Source of the DNA: Candidatus Bathyarchaeia archaeon
GTDB taxonomy: Archaea > Thermoproteota > Bathyarchaeia > Bathyarchaeales > DTEX01
NCBI GenBank assembly: GCA_038882715.1
Contig: JAVZNR010000001.1
Coordinates: 14,313-78,312, forward strand
Reading direction: 5' to 3'
DNA: 64,000 nt
The position numbers and the translations under genes are program-made. This document shows, in pieces, positions 44,312 through 55,064 of this stretch. How positions within the stretch are numbered: position 1 is the first letter of the stretch; every line of letters begins with the position of its first letter. A model generated the notes under the pieces. The model searched no databases. It was not told the DNA's origin and was given only the letters and a program-made list of their open reading frames with translations.

Positions 44312-45186
44312 ATGGCGTTATTTATCTCAGGGGCCTTAGGGTAAGACCCCAAAATCTTAACGAATAATGTATTAGCCTTCAGCCCCTCTAAGGCTTCGGC
44401 GCACCTAGCCTCAGTTCTATGCCCCTCAAAATCTAGATAGAAATTGTATTCCCAAGGCCTCTGTCTCGTAGGCCTAGACTCTATCTTCGTCAGGTTTATT
44501 CCCCTTAGGGCAAACTCCCCTAAAGCCCTATAGAGCGCTCCCGGAACATGTCTCGTTGAGAAAATTATGGATGTTTTGTCGTTGCCAGTCGGCGGAGCAT
44601 CAGACCTTGAGAGGACGAAGAACCTTGTGTAATTGTTTGGGTTGTCGGCTATATCTCTCGCAAGAATATTCATGCCGTAGATCTTTGCAGCCCTCTCGCT
44701 AGCTATAGCTGCGGCGTTAATCATATTATTCTCCTTAATCATCTTAACGCTTCCAGCAGTATCATACGTAGATATTATCTCACAGTTCAACCTCTCAAGA
44801 AAGTTTCTGCACTGGCCTAGCGCCTGCGGATGCGAGTAAACAACCCTTATGGAGCTAAGCGCGACGTTTGGGTTCGCTATTAAACAGTGGGCTATTTTTA
44901 AGACCACTTCTCCACAAACCTTAACATCATATTCTAGAAAAAGGTCGTAAACCTGCGTTACGCTGCCTTCAATAGAATTCTCTACTGGGACAACGCCAAA
45001 CCCCGTCTCCCCGCTATCCACGTATCTAAACACATCTGAGAAGCGTTTACATGGAACTGGCTGAACATCCTGCCCGAAGAACTCATAGATTGCGCTCTCA
45101 CTATATGCGCCTATCTCACCCTGAAAGGCAACTTTAACAGGCTTCTCTGAGCGTCCATTGCTTAACAGCGCCATTTCCCCTCTCAC
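44308..45186 (-). CDS. pheA: Prephenate dehydratase with ACT domain
   Basis: VAFQGEIGAYSE, PVENSIEGSV, SHPQALGQC, NYTRF, NLTKIESRP. Confidence 0.95.
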   Translation of the reverse strand: MRGEMALLSNGRSEKPVKVAFQGEIGAYSESAIYEFFGQDVQPVPCKRFSDVFRYVDSGETGFGVVPVENSIEGSVTQVYDLFLEYDVKVCGEVVLKIAHCLIANPNVALSSIRVVYSHPQALGQCRNFLERLNCEIISTYDTAGSVKMIKENNMINAAAIASERAAKIYGMNILARDIADNPNNYTRFFVLSRSDAPPTGNDKTSIIFSTRHVPGALYRALGEFALRGINLTKIESRPTRQRPWEYNFYLDFEGHRTEARCAEALEGLKANTLFVKILGSYPKAPEINNAI

Positions 45187-45332
45187 TCTAAAGCCGAACT
45201 CAAAGACGTACGGTAAATCAAATTAGTTTTCGAACTCAAAATATAAATATTATCTCTCTTAAGCGGATAATTAACAAAAAGGTTAAATTCGGCCCATGAT
45301 ATTAGCATAACCAATAGTTCGGGGTGCTATGA

Positions 45333-45833
45333 TTGGCATATAAGTACATGGCTGAAGCCTGGAGAAAGCCCGGTGAATCATATGTAGAGGAGGTAATGCG
45401 CCAGAGAGCGGTGGAGTGGCGTAAGCAGCCGTCAATCATCAGAATCGATAAGCCGACGCGCATCGACAGGGCTAGAAGGCTTGGCTATAAGGATAAGCCT
45501 GGATACGTCGTCGTCAGGGTTAGGGTTAGGAGGAGCGGGTTCAGAAAGACAAGACCGGTCTCCGGAAGAAGACCTAAACGCATGGGCGTCCTCAAATATA
45601 AGTCAGCGAAAAGTTTAAGGCTGATAGCTGAAGAGAGAGCCGCAAGAAAATTCCCAAATCTAGAAGTCCTCAACTCATACTGGGTCTGGGAGGACGGACG
45701 CTACAAGTGGTTTGAAGTCATAATGGTGGACAGAAACCTTTTACCCGAACTGCAACTCGGTAAGGGTAGAGGCAGAGTCTTCAGAGGATTAACGAGCGCC
45801 GGGAGAAAAGTCCGCGGCCTACTGGCCAAATAG
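45333..45833 (+). CDS. rpl15e: 50S ribosomal protein L15e
   Basis: [54 protein letters not shown]. Confidence 0.95.
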   Translation: MAYKYMAEAWRKPGESYVEEVMRQRAVEWRKQPSIIRIDKPTRIDRARRLGYKDKPGYVVVRVRVRRSGFRKTRPVSGRRPKRMGVLKYKSAKSLRLIAEERAARKFPNLEVLNSYWVWEDGRYKWFEVIMVDRNLLPELQLGKGRGRVFRGLTSAGRKVRGLLAK

Positions 45834-45920
45834 AGACAATAGAGCCTTCCAGCGAGCCAGCGCCCGTTAACGGAAAACTGAAAGATAACGCTACAGTTTT
45901 CTTAAAAATCGGAATAAAGT

Positions 45921-46472
45921 TCACGGTAAGAAAACCGCTGCGGCGATCACGGTTGTCCAAAGCCCATCTTTATGTCCTTCAGCCGACTGGCATATATGTG
46001 TCGTCTTAAAGATCTTTCCGCTGGCCTTATACACTTTTTTCCGCTCATCCCACGCTTTCTCCGGGTCAAACTCTATTCCGAGGGTTGTGGCAAGCATCGT
46101 CGCCGCAAGATCTTCAGCATACTCGCCAGCCTTCTTAGCGGTCTCTCCAAACGAGTGGTGCTCAGATAAGTAGCCATACCCGTTATCTTTCGGTATAGCT
46201 AATCCAACAGCCGCCGCGATCAAGCGGTTAGGTTCATTGGTCTCATTTTTAGCCATAACGACATATGTTATTTGACCTGGACGTAAGAGCTTAAGCCCCT
46301 CCTCCCTCGGAATTATCTTGCAGCCCGGCGGAAAAATGCTTGAGATGCAGACGAGGTTACACTTCTCTATTCCAGCATCCCTTAACGCGAGCTCAAAAGA
46401 GACTAACCTATCCTTATGCACGCCCACTCCTTTCGTAAAGAACATCTTTGTTGGAATCATCTCTATATTCAT
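45921..46472 (-). CDS. pdaD: Pyruvoyl-dependent arginine decarboxylase
   Basis: [22 protein letters not shown] (Ser-Ser cleavage), [16 protein letters not shown]. Confidence 0.93.
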   Translation of the reverse strand: MNIEMIPTKMFFTKGVGVHKDRLVSFELALRDAGIEKCNLVCISSIFPPGCKIIPREEGLKLLRPGQITYVVMAKNETNEPNRLIAAAVGLAIPKDNGYGYLSEHHSFGETAKKAGEYAEDLAATMLATTLGIEFDPEKAWDERKKVYKASGKIFKTTHICQSAEGHKDGLWTTVIAAAVFLP

Positions 46473-46492
46473 AAAAATTATATGAGCAGGAG

Positions 46493-46508
46493 AACTTTTT
46501 AAAAAGTT
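46493..46508. promoter_or_regulatory. 16-bp perfect palindrome AACTTTTTAAAAAGTT upstream of pdaD
   Basis: Seen directly, 21-36 nt upstream of the pdaD start. Confidence 0.4.
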
Positions 46509-46652
46509 TTTTGTTAAAAAATGCGGAGATAATTAGCCCTTAAAATTTAAATAAACTGGAAAATAATCCTTTCTACCGAATAATTTTTAAATGAGCATTT
46601 AAATGTTAAATCATTATGAGCATTCTTTTTAATTCGGGGTGAAAAACCGCAG

Positions 46653-46844
46653 ATGCTTAACGCAATAGTTTACAGGAGGGGGAAAAAGAGAGCTGGCAAA
46701 GGGTTTAGTAGAGAAGAGCTTAAAGCTGTGGGCTTAAGTCTCAAGGAGGCGTTGGCGCTAAAGATTCCAGTAGATCCGAGAAGGAGAACTAAGCACGAAG
46801 AAAACATAAAAGCCCTAAAAGAATATCTATCCAGAAAAGGTTAA
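46653..46844 (+). CDS. rpl13e: 50S ribosomal protein L13e (short archaeal form)
   Basis: RAGKGFSREELKAVGL....A..L.IPVDPRRRT.HEENI. Confidence 0.9.
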   Translation: MLNAIVYRRGKKRAGKGFSREELKAVGLSLKEALALKIPVDPRRRTKHEENIKALKEYLSRKG

Positions 46845-46898
46845 CGCGTTTTTCCGTAGATTTATATTCTATGAGCGATCATTGATATATGCCTAATT

Positions 46899-49640
46899 TT
46901 GACGAAAACTTCTTATAGATTTTTGCTTAAAAGTTGTTTTGCGTGGTTTATTATGGGTGAAATGGAATATTATTTAGAGGGGCCTGTTGAACTGTTCTGC
47001 GAGTATTGTGTTGACCCGGTGGGCCTACAGGTATCTAGGCCAAGGTTCTCGTGGAAGTTAACGCATCCTGAGCGCGGGCGTATGCAGTCAGCCTACCAAA
47101 TACTGGTAGCATCCTCAGAGGATAACCTAGCGAAGGATTTCGGCGATATGTGGGATAGTGGTAAAGTTGATTCAAATCAATCAGTAAATGTCGAGTATGC
47201 TGGAAAACCCCTAGAAAGCGGCAAAATCTACTATTGGAAGGTTAGATGGTGGGACGATAAGGGGCAAGCTAGCTCTTGGAGCAGAACCGCTAAGTTCGAG
47301 ATGGGGCTGCTTAAGCCGGAGGACTGGAGGGCGAAATGGATAGGTGGCGGAAACCTGCTCAGGAAAGAATTTATTTTAGATGGTAAAGTTAAGCGGGCAA
47401 GAGCCTATGTCAGCGGCTTAGGCTACTACGAGTTAAAGATAAATGGATGTAGGATCGGTGACCGCAAGCTCGATCCCGGATGGACTGACTATGAAAAGAT
47501 AGTTCTCTACGCGGTTTATGACGTTACCTGCTACCTTAAGGAAGGAAGAAACGTGGTTGGTTTAATGCTAGGTAATGGTCGATACAATGTTAAGCCTCAT
47601 AGAAGGAAGCCTCCAAGCCCTGCGCCAGCTCATAAACATTACGGGGAGCCGAGAGCGATACTGCAAATGATGATAGAGTTTTATGATGGAAGGCAGGAGC
47701 TTATTGTCACTGATGAAAGCTGGAAAGCATATAAAGGCCCGATAATCGATGACGATATTTATGATGGCGAAATCTATGACGCTAGGCTGGAAAAGGATGG
47801 CTGGGATCTACCCGGCTACGATGACTCTTCATGGGAGAACGTTAAACTCGTGGAGCCACCAGGCGGAACCCTGATTTCGCAGGCAGCCTTCCCGCCAATA
47901 AGAGCCGTCAAGACCCTTCAACCAGCCAACATAAGTAATCCTAAACCGGGCGTCTATGTGGTTGATTTTGGCCAGAACTTTACTGGTTGGGTTAGATTAT
48001 ATGTTTATGGGCCTAGAGGGGCCGAGGTTAAACTGAGGTACGCGGAACTGCTTAACCCGGATGGAACAATAAATACCGCGCCTAATGTGGGGGCTAAGGC
48101 TGCGGACACATATATTTTAAGAGGAAACGGTGTCGAAATCTATGAGCCGAGGTTCACTTATCATGGATTCCGCTATGTGGAAGTTACCGGCTCTCCGGGC
48201 GTATTAAGCATCAACAATATTGAGGGGGTAGTAGTTCACACGGATGTTGAGCCTACCGGAGGTTTTTCATGCTCAAACCAGTTAATCAACAGCATTCACA
48301 GAAACGTTTTGTGGGGCCAAGTAAGCAACCTAATGAGCATACCGACCGACTGCCCCCAAAGAGATGAGCGCATGGGTTGGATGGGCGACGCGCAGCTCTC
48401 GGCTGAAGAGGCAATATACAACTTTAACATGGTGAACTTCTACGCCAAGTGGCTTAGAGACATAAAGGCGGCTCAGATTGAGGATGGAAGCGTGCCAGAT
48501 GTTGTTCCACCATACTGGAGCCTTTATCCAGCTGATCCAGCGTGGGGAACAGCATGCGTAATAATCCCATGGTACCTATACCTCTACTACGGCGATAAGA
48601 GGATTCTTGAAGAGAACTATGATGTGATGAAGAGGTGGGTTGACTTTTTAACTAGTAAGGCTGAGGATTACATACTTAAGTTCAGTAAGTATGGGGATTG
48701 GTGCCCTCCGGGACAAATAGTGTCGCTGAATACCCCAGGCGAAATCGTTTCCACGCTATGCTATTATGAGGATGCATTGCTGCTATCTAGAATTGCATGT
48801 GTGCTTGGAAAAAATGATGATGCTAAGAAGTATGCTGAGCTAGCTGAGAAGATAAAGGATGCGTTTAACAAGAAATATCTTAGGGGGGATTATTACGCGG
48901 TCTCGGAGGCTGCGGGTTACAGCCAAACAGCTAATGCTATTCCGCTTTACTTCGATATCGTTCCCTCTGATAAAAGAGAAAGCGTCTTAAAGAGACTGCT
49001 AAACGATGTTATGGTTGCCCGCGATTATCATCTTAATACCGGAATAGTTGGCACAAGATACCTTTTTGATGCGTTGACTAAATGCGGCTACGCCGATGTA
49101 GCGTACAGAGTTGCGGCGCAAACGACGTATCCGAGCTGGGGATACATGATTAGAGAGGGGGCAACAACCATCTGGGAGAGATGGGAATATCTAACGGGTT
49201 CTGGAATGAACTCCCACAACCATATAATGTTTGGCAGCGTAGACGCATGGTTCTATAAGGCTTTAGCGGGCATAAATGCTGACCCATCGCGCCCCGGTTT
49301 CGAGAAGGTGATAATTAAGCCTCATATTGTCGGCGACCTAACACATGTTAGCGCATCGCTTAAAACAATCCGCGGGTTAATAGCGTCAAGCTGGTGGAGG
49401 GAAAAAGACTCATTAACCCTAGAAGTCAATATACCGGTGAATAGCGTAGGGGAAGTTTACGTTCCAGTAATAGGTGCCTGGAACCCGGTGGTTAAGGAGG
49501 GAGAAACAATTGTTTGGAGAGATGGGGAACTCGTCCAGAAAGTACAGGGCGTGACATCTGCCAGAAGAGAGGGAGACCACATAGTCTTCAACGTTGGCTC
49601 AGGAAAATACGTATTCCGAGTGGAAGAAGAAAAAAGGTGA
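46899..49640 (+). CDS. Alpha-L-rhamnosidase (GH78); likely start 46953/46962
   Basis: DFGQNFTG, PRFTYHGFRY, PTDCPQRDERMGWMGD, GDWCPP, TTIWERW, SHNHIMFG. Confidence 0.93.
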   Translation: MTKTSYRFLLKSCFAWFIMGEMEYYLEGPVELFCEYCVDPVGLQVSRPRFSWKLTHPERGRMQSAYQILVASSEDNLAKDFGDMWDSGKVDSNQSVNVEYAGKPLESGKIYYWKVRWWDDKGQASSWSRTAKFEMGLLKPEDWRAKWIGGGNLLRKEFILDGKVKRARAYVSGLGYYELKINGCRIGDRKLDPGWTDYEKIVLYAVYDVTCYLKEGRNVVGLMLGNGRYNVKPHRRKPPSPAPAHKHYGEPRAILQMMIEFYDGRQELIVTDESWKAYKGPIIDDDIYDGEIYDARLEKDGWDLPGYDDSSWENVKLVEPPGGTLISQAAFPPIRAVKTLQPANISNPKPGVYVVDFGQNFTGWVRLYVYGPRGAEVKLRYAELLNPDGTINTAPNVGAKAADTYILRGNGVEIYEPRFTYHGFRYVEVTGSPGVLSINNIEGVVVHTDVEPTGGFSCSNQLINSIHRNVLWGQVSNLMSIPTDCPQRDERMGWMGDAQLSAEEAIYNFNMVNFYAKWLRDIKAAQIEDGSVPDVVPPYWSLYPADPAWGTACVIIPWYLYLYYGDKRILEENYDVMKRWVDFLTSKAEDYILKFSKYGDWCPPGQIVSLNTPGEIVSTLCYYEDALLLSRIACVLGKNDDAKKYAELAEKIKDAFNKKYLRGDYYAVSEAAGYSQTANAIPLYFDIVPSDKRESVLKRLLNDVMVARDYHLNTGIVGTRYLFDALTKCGYADVAYRVAAQTTYPSWGYMIREGATTIWERWEYLTGSGMNSHNHIMFGSVDAWFYKALAGINADPSRPGFEKVIIKPHIVGDLTHVSASLKTIRGLIASSWWREKDSLTLEVNIPVNSVGEVYVPVIGAWNPVVKEGETIVWRDGELVQKVQGVTSARREGDHIVFNVGSGKYVFRVEEEKR

Positions 49641-49745
49641 GTGGAAACCCGGGGGCCCCATAGCCCACCATCATTTTTGTCTACCTAAGCGCCTAGAAAT
49701 ATCTGAGAAAACTTAAAGGGGAGAACTGAACGTTAAAAGAAATAG

Positions 49746-50198
49746 GTGTTGAAGGCACAAATGAGGAAGATATCCTACATCGATGTGAGCTTTATAGTCC
49801 ATGCGACGGAAGATCAGGAGAAAGCTCTCATCGCAGCCAAGAACATTTTTCCGCCAGAGCATGCTGACAAAATATCTTTCGGTAAAAGTAGGCTTAAAGG
49901 CGAGTATGGGAACCCGATAATCTTGTTTAAAACGCAGATAAGGGAGCCTGAAATATCTGAGTCGTTTCTACTCCACTTATCTCTAAATCTTCCAAGCGTG
50001 GATAAAGAGGATTTATTTAGGCACCTACACCTACATTTAGATAAGGGAAGCCTATATATGAGGCTGGATAAACAAGAGGCTTATAGGAGAAGATTCAGGC
50101 TCTGTAAGGCAGACCCGATAAGAATCCATGTAAAGTTTAAGACATCAAACGTCGAAGAGATTAGAAAGGCATGTCAAGCAATAGGACTATTACCCTAA
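49746..50198 (+). CDS. COG1325/DUF54-type RNA-binding protein
   Basis: VHATEDQEK, GEYGNPI, LYMRLDKQEAY; upstream of rpp30. Confidence 0.8.
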   Translation: MLKAQMRKISYIDVSFIVHATEDQEKALIAAKNIFPPEHADKISFGKSRLKGEYGNPIILFKTQIREPEISESFLLHLSLNLPSVDKEDLFRHLHLHLDKGSLYMRLDKQEAYRRRFRLCKADPIRIHVKFKTSNVEEIRKACQAIGLLP

Positions 50199-50929
50199 AG
50201 AGGGCGTTTGCAGATCTACACCTCTGCCCACCGATACATCAACCCGATAAGATGAGGAGCTTGTTAGAGAAGTCGGCTACATTAGGATACAATATTGTAG
50301 GATTAACTTTTCCAGTTAACGCTGATAAAGAAGGTATTAAAGACGCCCGTAAAATATGCAATGACCTGAACTTAGATATGGTTGCAAGGGTTGACTTAAC
50401 GCCGAAAAACGCCAGAGACCTCCTAAGGATTTTAAGCGATGCCCGATGGAAGTTTGAAGTTGTCGCGGTCTTCTGCAATAATAGGGAGGTTGCTCTCCAA
50501 GCAGCTAAAGACCGTAGAGTAGACCTGCTTTTATTCTCGTCAAGCGAGCCGAAAAAACACTTTTTTGGAGGCTCGGAGGCGAAGCTTGCCTCTGAGAAGA
50601 ATGCTGCCCTAGAAATCAATATAGCGCCATTAATTTACCTCGATGGGAAAACTAGAATCAATATGATAAGCGTTCTTAGAAGGGAAATATCGATAGCCAG
50701 CGACTTCAACGTACCCATAGTCCTATCAAGCGGAGCCAGCAGCCCAAATATGCTCAGGAGACCTGAAGACTACGCTTTCTTCTCCTACATTATAGGCTTA
50801 GATATACGCGGCGCCAAGCGAGCCTTATCGGATAACCCTATAAACATAGTTGAACGCAACCGAAGGAAGCTTAGCCAAAACTATGTCTGTCCAGGGGTTT
50901 TCATCGTGAAGAGGGGTGAAGACTGCTGA
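50171..50929 (+). CDS. rnp3: RNase P protein Rpp30
   Basis: FADLH, A.KDRRVDLL, ALEINI, IVLSSGA...LRRP. Confidence 0.88.
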   Translation: MSSNRTITLKRAFADLHLCPPIHQPDKMRSLLEKSATLGYNIVGLTFPVNADKEGIKDARKICNDLNLDMVARVDLTPKNARDLLRILSDARWKFEVVAVFCNNREVALQAAKDRRVDLLLFSSSEPKKHFFGGSEAKLASEKNAALEINIAPLIYLDGKTRINMISVLRREISIASDFNVPIVLSSGASSPNMLRRPEDYAFFSYIIGLDIRGAKRALSDNPINIVERNRRKLSQNYVCPGVFIVKRGEDC

Positions 50930-51264
50930 GGAGGGAGAGGTGGCGCTACATTCTCGTTAAAATCGACTGCAATAAGATGCCCAATGAAAGGAGCTTCCAC
51001 AACGCATTATGGTATAGCATTATCCGACTATTTGGTGAATATGGTGCTAGCCAAGCGAACATATCCTTCATCGAATATAATGAGGAGATGAAGTACGCCA
51101 TAATTCGCTGTTCGCATAAGGCATTACCGATGGTTCAGGCTTCAATAGTCGCGGTAACGAAGGTTGACGGCGAAGACGCCGCGATGTATGTGCTCCTCGT
51201 CTCCGGGACTCTTAAATCTTTGAGAAGAAAAATGCTTAACATTCTTCGTGGGAAGAATGAATGA
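50926..51264 (+). CDS. rnp2: RNase P protein Pop5 (probable CTG start at 50926)
   Basis: In-frame extension of the 50977 ORF gives RRERWRYILV; LFGEYG, IIRC, VSGTLK motifs. Confidence 0.85.
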   Translation: MRRERWRYILVKIDCNKMPNERSFHNALWYSIIRLFGEYGASQANISFIEYNEEMKYAIIRCSHKALPMVQASIVAVTKVDGEDAAMYVLLVSGTLKSLRRKMLNILRGKNE

Positions 51265-51353
51265 GAAAAAGAGGCTTCCTCTAAGAATTAAAATAAAATA
51301 ATTATTATGGTATTACATCTTGTTGATTAGACGAAGGCTTAAAGGCGGATTTT

Positions 51354-52070
51354 ATGGATGAAAATAGATCCATAAAGAAATTTACAGACAATAGGGAGGA
51401 TCCGAAGGATTTTCTCCTACTATATAAGCTTGCTGAATTGGGAGCATGCCGCGGCACAATAAAGATTTCGACAACTATCCTCGCTAAGGAAACTGGGCTA
51501 TCGCAGCAAAGCGCATCTAGAAGATTAATTGATTTGGAGAGGAAGGGGCTAATACAGCGGAAGACAACTAAAAATGGGAGCTTCATTAGAATATCTAGGG
51601 ATGGAGAAGAATATCTTCGAAGGATTTATTTAGGTTTACGCGCAATTTTTGGGGAGAAGCCTTTCTCCATAAAAGTCGAGGGGAAAGTTTTCAGCGGTCT
51701 CGGTGAAGGCGCCTACTACATGTCTAAAGAACACTACAGAAAACAGTTCGTTGAGAAACTTGGCTTCGACCCATACCCGGGAACACTAAACCTAAAGATA
51801 ATCAGCAACGAAGAGAGCGTTAAGCTAAGAGCTGAATTAGACGCTCACCCAGGTATAAAAATTGAAGGGTTTAAGAATAAGGATAGGACGTATGGTCCCG
51901 TGAAATGTTTTCACGCCATGATAGATGGAAGGGAGAAGGGCGCCGTTGTACTTGCTTTCAGGAGCCATTACGGTAAGGATGTGCTGGAGATCATCGCTCC
52001 AACCTGCCTAAGGGAGCGGTTAAAACTTAAAGATGGAGATAAGGTTAACGTAGAAATATTTCTCTACTAG
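51354..52070 (+). CDS. ribK: CTP-dependent riboflavin kinase with N-terminal wHTH (RbkR-type)
   Basis: LSQQSASRRL HTH; GKVFSGLGEGAYY, PYPGTLN, LEIIAP..LR..L.LKDGD. Confidence 0.92.
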   Translation: MDENRSIKKFTDNREDPKDFLLLYKLAELGACRGTIKISTTILAKETGLSQQSASRRLIDLERKGLIQRKTTKNGSFIRISRDGEEYLRRIYLGLRAIFGEKPFSIKVEGKVFSGLGEGAYYMSKEHYRKQFVEKLGFDPYPGTLNLKIISNEESVKLRAELDAHPGIKIEGFKNKDRTYGPVKCFHAMIDGREKGAVVLAFRSHYGKDVLEIIAPTCLRERLKLKDGDKVNVEIFLY

Positions 52071-52098
52071 TAGGCTACTTGTGATCTGGAGGGAAACC

Positions 52099-52350
52099 TC
52101 ATTTCTTATTAGCCAGCTGAATAAGCCTTCTCCCCTTAGTTAAAGACGAGACGAAAATTAATCCAGCTATCTCCATCCTCATTAATACCCTATTCAACTC
52201 ATTAAAACTAAGATCCTTATATGCTGAGGAAGACTTTAACATCTCCAATAGCTCAACATCCGACAGTGAACCCTTCTTTTCAAGAGCCTCAATTATGGCC
52301 ACGGGGAGCGGTTGAACCTTCCATGCTTTCACAGACATAGCATTCATCAA
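52099..52350 (-). CDS. Small winged-helix-like conserved protein
   Basis: LSDVELLEML...ELNRVLMRMEIAGLIFV pattern; follows cdc48. Confidence 0.6.
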   Translation of the reverse strand: MMNAMSVKAWKVQPLPVAIIEALEKKGSLSDVELLEMLKSSSAYKDLSFNELNRVLMRMEIAGLIFVSSLTKGRRLIQLANKK

Positions 52351-52383
52351 ACTCCAATAAATCTTAGGCTTAATTACTTATAT

Positions 52384-54561
52384 TTATGTTATTAACGGTG
52401 GAGCTGCCCTCTGTATCTTCTTAAACTGCTGGCTCCAGCTCTTATACCAGTTTTCCATGTCCGGCGTTATACTCGGCCCAACCCTCTTCATGGCTTCTTG
52501 GAAATCAGACATAGTAACTTCCTTAGCATTAGTATCGCGCCTTAAAGCTATTAGCGCTGCTTCACGGCACAGCGCCTCAATATCGGCGCCTGAGTACCCT
52601 TTAGTCATGCTTGCCAGAACCTTTAAATCGACGTCTTTAGATAACGGCATATCTTTTGTATGTATCTTTAATATGGCTAGTCTACCCTCATCGTTAGGCG
52701 ACGGAACATATACGAGGCGATCAAATCTACCGGGCCTCAGTATGGCTGGATCTATAAGGTCCGGCCTATTAGTTGCCGCTAGAACAACAACGTCCTCCAG
52801 CGTTGATATGCCGTCTATCTCCGTTAAAAGCTGGCTGATAACGCGCTCAGTAACCCCGCTGTCCCCGTAACCTAAACCCCTTCTTGGAACCAGTGAATCG
52901 ATCTCGTCGAAGAATATTACCGCCGGAGCAGACATTCTAGCCTTCCTAAAGACTTCTCTAATAGCTCTTTCCGATTCGCCGACCCACTTAGATAAAACTT
53001 CAGGCCCCTTAATAGAAATAAAGTTAGCTTCACTCTCGGTTGCAACAGCCTTGGCTAGAAGGGTTTTACCGCAGCCAGGAGGCCCGAAAAGCAGTATGCC
53101 TTTAGGCGGCTTAATACCCATCCTCTTAAACATCTCCGGATTCTTAATAGGCCATTCAACCGCCTCTTTAAGTTCCTGCTTAACATCCTCAAGATCCCCT
53201 ATATCATCCCAGTGAACAGTGGGAACCTCTATGGCAACCTCCCTTAAAGCCGTCGGCGTAATCTCCTTGAAGGCGTTAAGGAAGTCCTCCATTTTAACCT
53301 CCATCTTCTCAAGAACCTCAGCTGGAACCCTCTCCTGCTCTAAGTCTATTTCCGGAAGATATCTGCGGAGAGCCTTCATTGCAGCCTCCCTGCAAAGTGC
53401 CGCCAAATCGGCCCCAGTGAAGCCGTGAGTTATCTCCGCAAGCCTCTTTAAATCAACATCTTCGGAGAGAGGCATACCCCTAGTGTGAATCACAAGTATC
53501 TCGTATCTACCCTGCTTGTCAGGTATGCCTATCTCTATCTCGCGGTCGAATCTTCCAGGCCTCCTTAAGGCCGGGTCTATGGCGTTAGGTCTATTGGTGG
53601 CGCCGATAACTATAACGTTGCCTCTCTCAGATAACCCATCCATTAAGGCTAGCAGCTGGGCGACAACCCTCCGCTCAACTTCCCCGGTGACCTCCTCCCT
53701 CTTGGGCGCAATCGCATCTATCTCATCAATAAAGATTATGCTTGGAGCGTTCTGCTGGGCCTGCTGAAATATCTCCCTGAGCCTAGCTTCGGACTCGCCG
53801 TAGAACTTATTCATTATCTCAGGGCCATTTATCGATATGAAGTATGCGTCTGACTCATTTGCAACAGCCTTGGCTAGAAGGGTTTTACCGCAGCCAGGAG
53901 GCCCATGGAGCAGTACGCCCTTCGGTGGATCTATACCTAGTCTCTGGAATATCTCCGGATGCCTTAGAGGCAGCTCAACCATTTCTCTGATCCGCTGTAT
54001 CTGCTCCTTCAGCCCACCGATATCTTCATATGTAACCCTTGGAAGACCTTTAACCTCTGGAACCGGCTCCGGCAATATTTGAAGGCTTGTGTCGTATGTT
54101 AATCTAACTATGCCATGCGGCCTAGTCTTCGTGATTATAAACTGGACTGGGTGGCCAAGCATCATAACGAGCGTTGTGTCGCCCTCAACGAAGGTTCTTT
54201 CCAGAAGCCTATTCTTCACAAAGTTAACGAAGTCTTCATCGACGTTTAAGCGCATATCTACTGGCGCAAGGGTTATGCTTGTAGCGTCGACGACTTCAGC
54301 TTTCCGAATGGTGACGTATTCATTTATTGAGACCCCGGCGTTTTTACGCGTTATTCCATCTATTCTTATGATCCCCTTGCCCTGATCTTCCGCGTAGGCT
54401 GGCCAAGCTATCGCTGAGGTTCTTCTCTTGCCCACTATTTCAATCACGTCGCCCGCTGAAACACCTATTTTCTCCATGGTTTTCTGGTCAATTCTAGCGA
54501 TACCCCTGTATACGTCTCTCTGCCTCGCGTCACCTACTCTAAGCTGAACCTCGTTCCCCAT
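52384..54561 (-). CDS. cdc48: CDC48/VCP family AAA ATPase
   Basis: N domain, two AAA modules [29 protein letters not shown]. Confidence 0.96.
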   Translation of the reverse strand: MGNEVQLRVGDARQRDVYRGIARIDQKTMEKIGVSAGDVIEIVGKRRTSAIAWPAYAEDQGKGIIRIDGITRKNAGVSINEYVTIRKAEVVDATSITLAPVDMRLNVDEDFVNFVKNRLLERTFVEGDTTLVMMLGHPVQFIITKTRPHGIVRLTYDTSLQILPEPVPEVKGLPRVTYEDIGGLKEQIQRIREMVELPLRHPEIFQRLGIDPPKGVLLHGPPGCGKTLLAKAVANESDAYFISINGPEIMNKFYGESEARLREIFQQAQQNAPSIIFIDEIDAIAPKREEVTGEVERRVVAQLLALMDGLSERGNVIVIGATNRPNAIDPALRRPGRFDREIEIGIPDKQGRYEILVIHTRGMPLSEDVDLKRLAEITHGFTGADLAALCREAAMKALRRYLPEIDLEQERVPAEVLEKMEVKMEDFLNAFKEITPTALREVAIEVPTVHWDDIGDLEDVKQELKEAVEWPIKNPEMFKRMGIKPPKGILLFGPPGCGKTLLAKAVATESEANFISIKGPEVLSKWVGESERAIREVFRKARMSAPAVIFFDEIDSLVPRRGLGYGDSGVTERVISQLLTEIDGISTLEDVVVLAATNRPDLIDPAILRPGRFDRLVYVPSPNDEGRLAILKIHTKDMPLSKDVDLKVLASMTKGYSGADIEALCREAALIALRRDTNAKEVTMSDFQEAMKRVGPSITPDMENWYKSWSQQFKKIQRAAPPLIT

Positions 54562-54664
54562 GCTATGCCTTTTCCTCCTCCTTTAATTCTTCGATAATCT
54601 TCACTAGATATGAGAGGGAAGTTCTAAAATATAAATGTGCGCATCTCGAAACTAGTCTTCTCGC

Positions 54665-54934
54665 CTAAATTCTCCTAACTAAAATCGTTTGAATGTCGCC
54701 TACGCCTTCTAGACCCTGTATGCACCTCTCTACCTCATCTAAGCCTCCAGCGCGGTCTTCCGGCAGAACTATGTGAGCTATAAGTGCGACCAAACCGAAG
54801 GCTATAGGCTCCTCCTCAAACCTGTAAACTGACGCGTAGCTGGGTATAGACTTCTCTATTTTCTCCTTTAAAACATCTAGGCTAACATCTATGTCTGAAG
54901 GAAATATTTTCAGCGAAACCACGACTTTAGCCAA
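54665..54934 (-). CDS. ef1b: Translation elongation factor 1-beta
   Basis: KIFP.D, EEPIAFGLVAL, VG.IQ. Confidence 0.93.
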   Translation of the reverse strand: MAKVVVSLKIFPSDIDVSLDVLKEKIEKSIPSYASVYRFEEEPIAFGLVALIAHIVLPEDRAGGLDEVERCIQGLEGVGDIQTILVRRI

Positions 54935-55064
54935 CTTTAACCCTCCTCAGAGGATGCACAATAAGTAAGCGCTTGCAGTATTTTAAAGTTACGCTTAATT
55001 AAGCCGATGCATCTAGGTTCAACATGCAGCATCAAACATGAGGCTCTTCAAAAACTAGTCTTTA

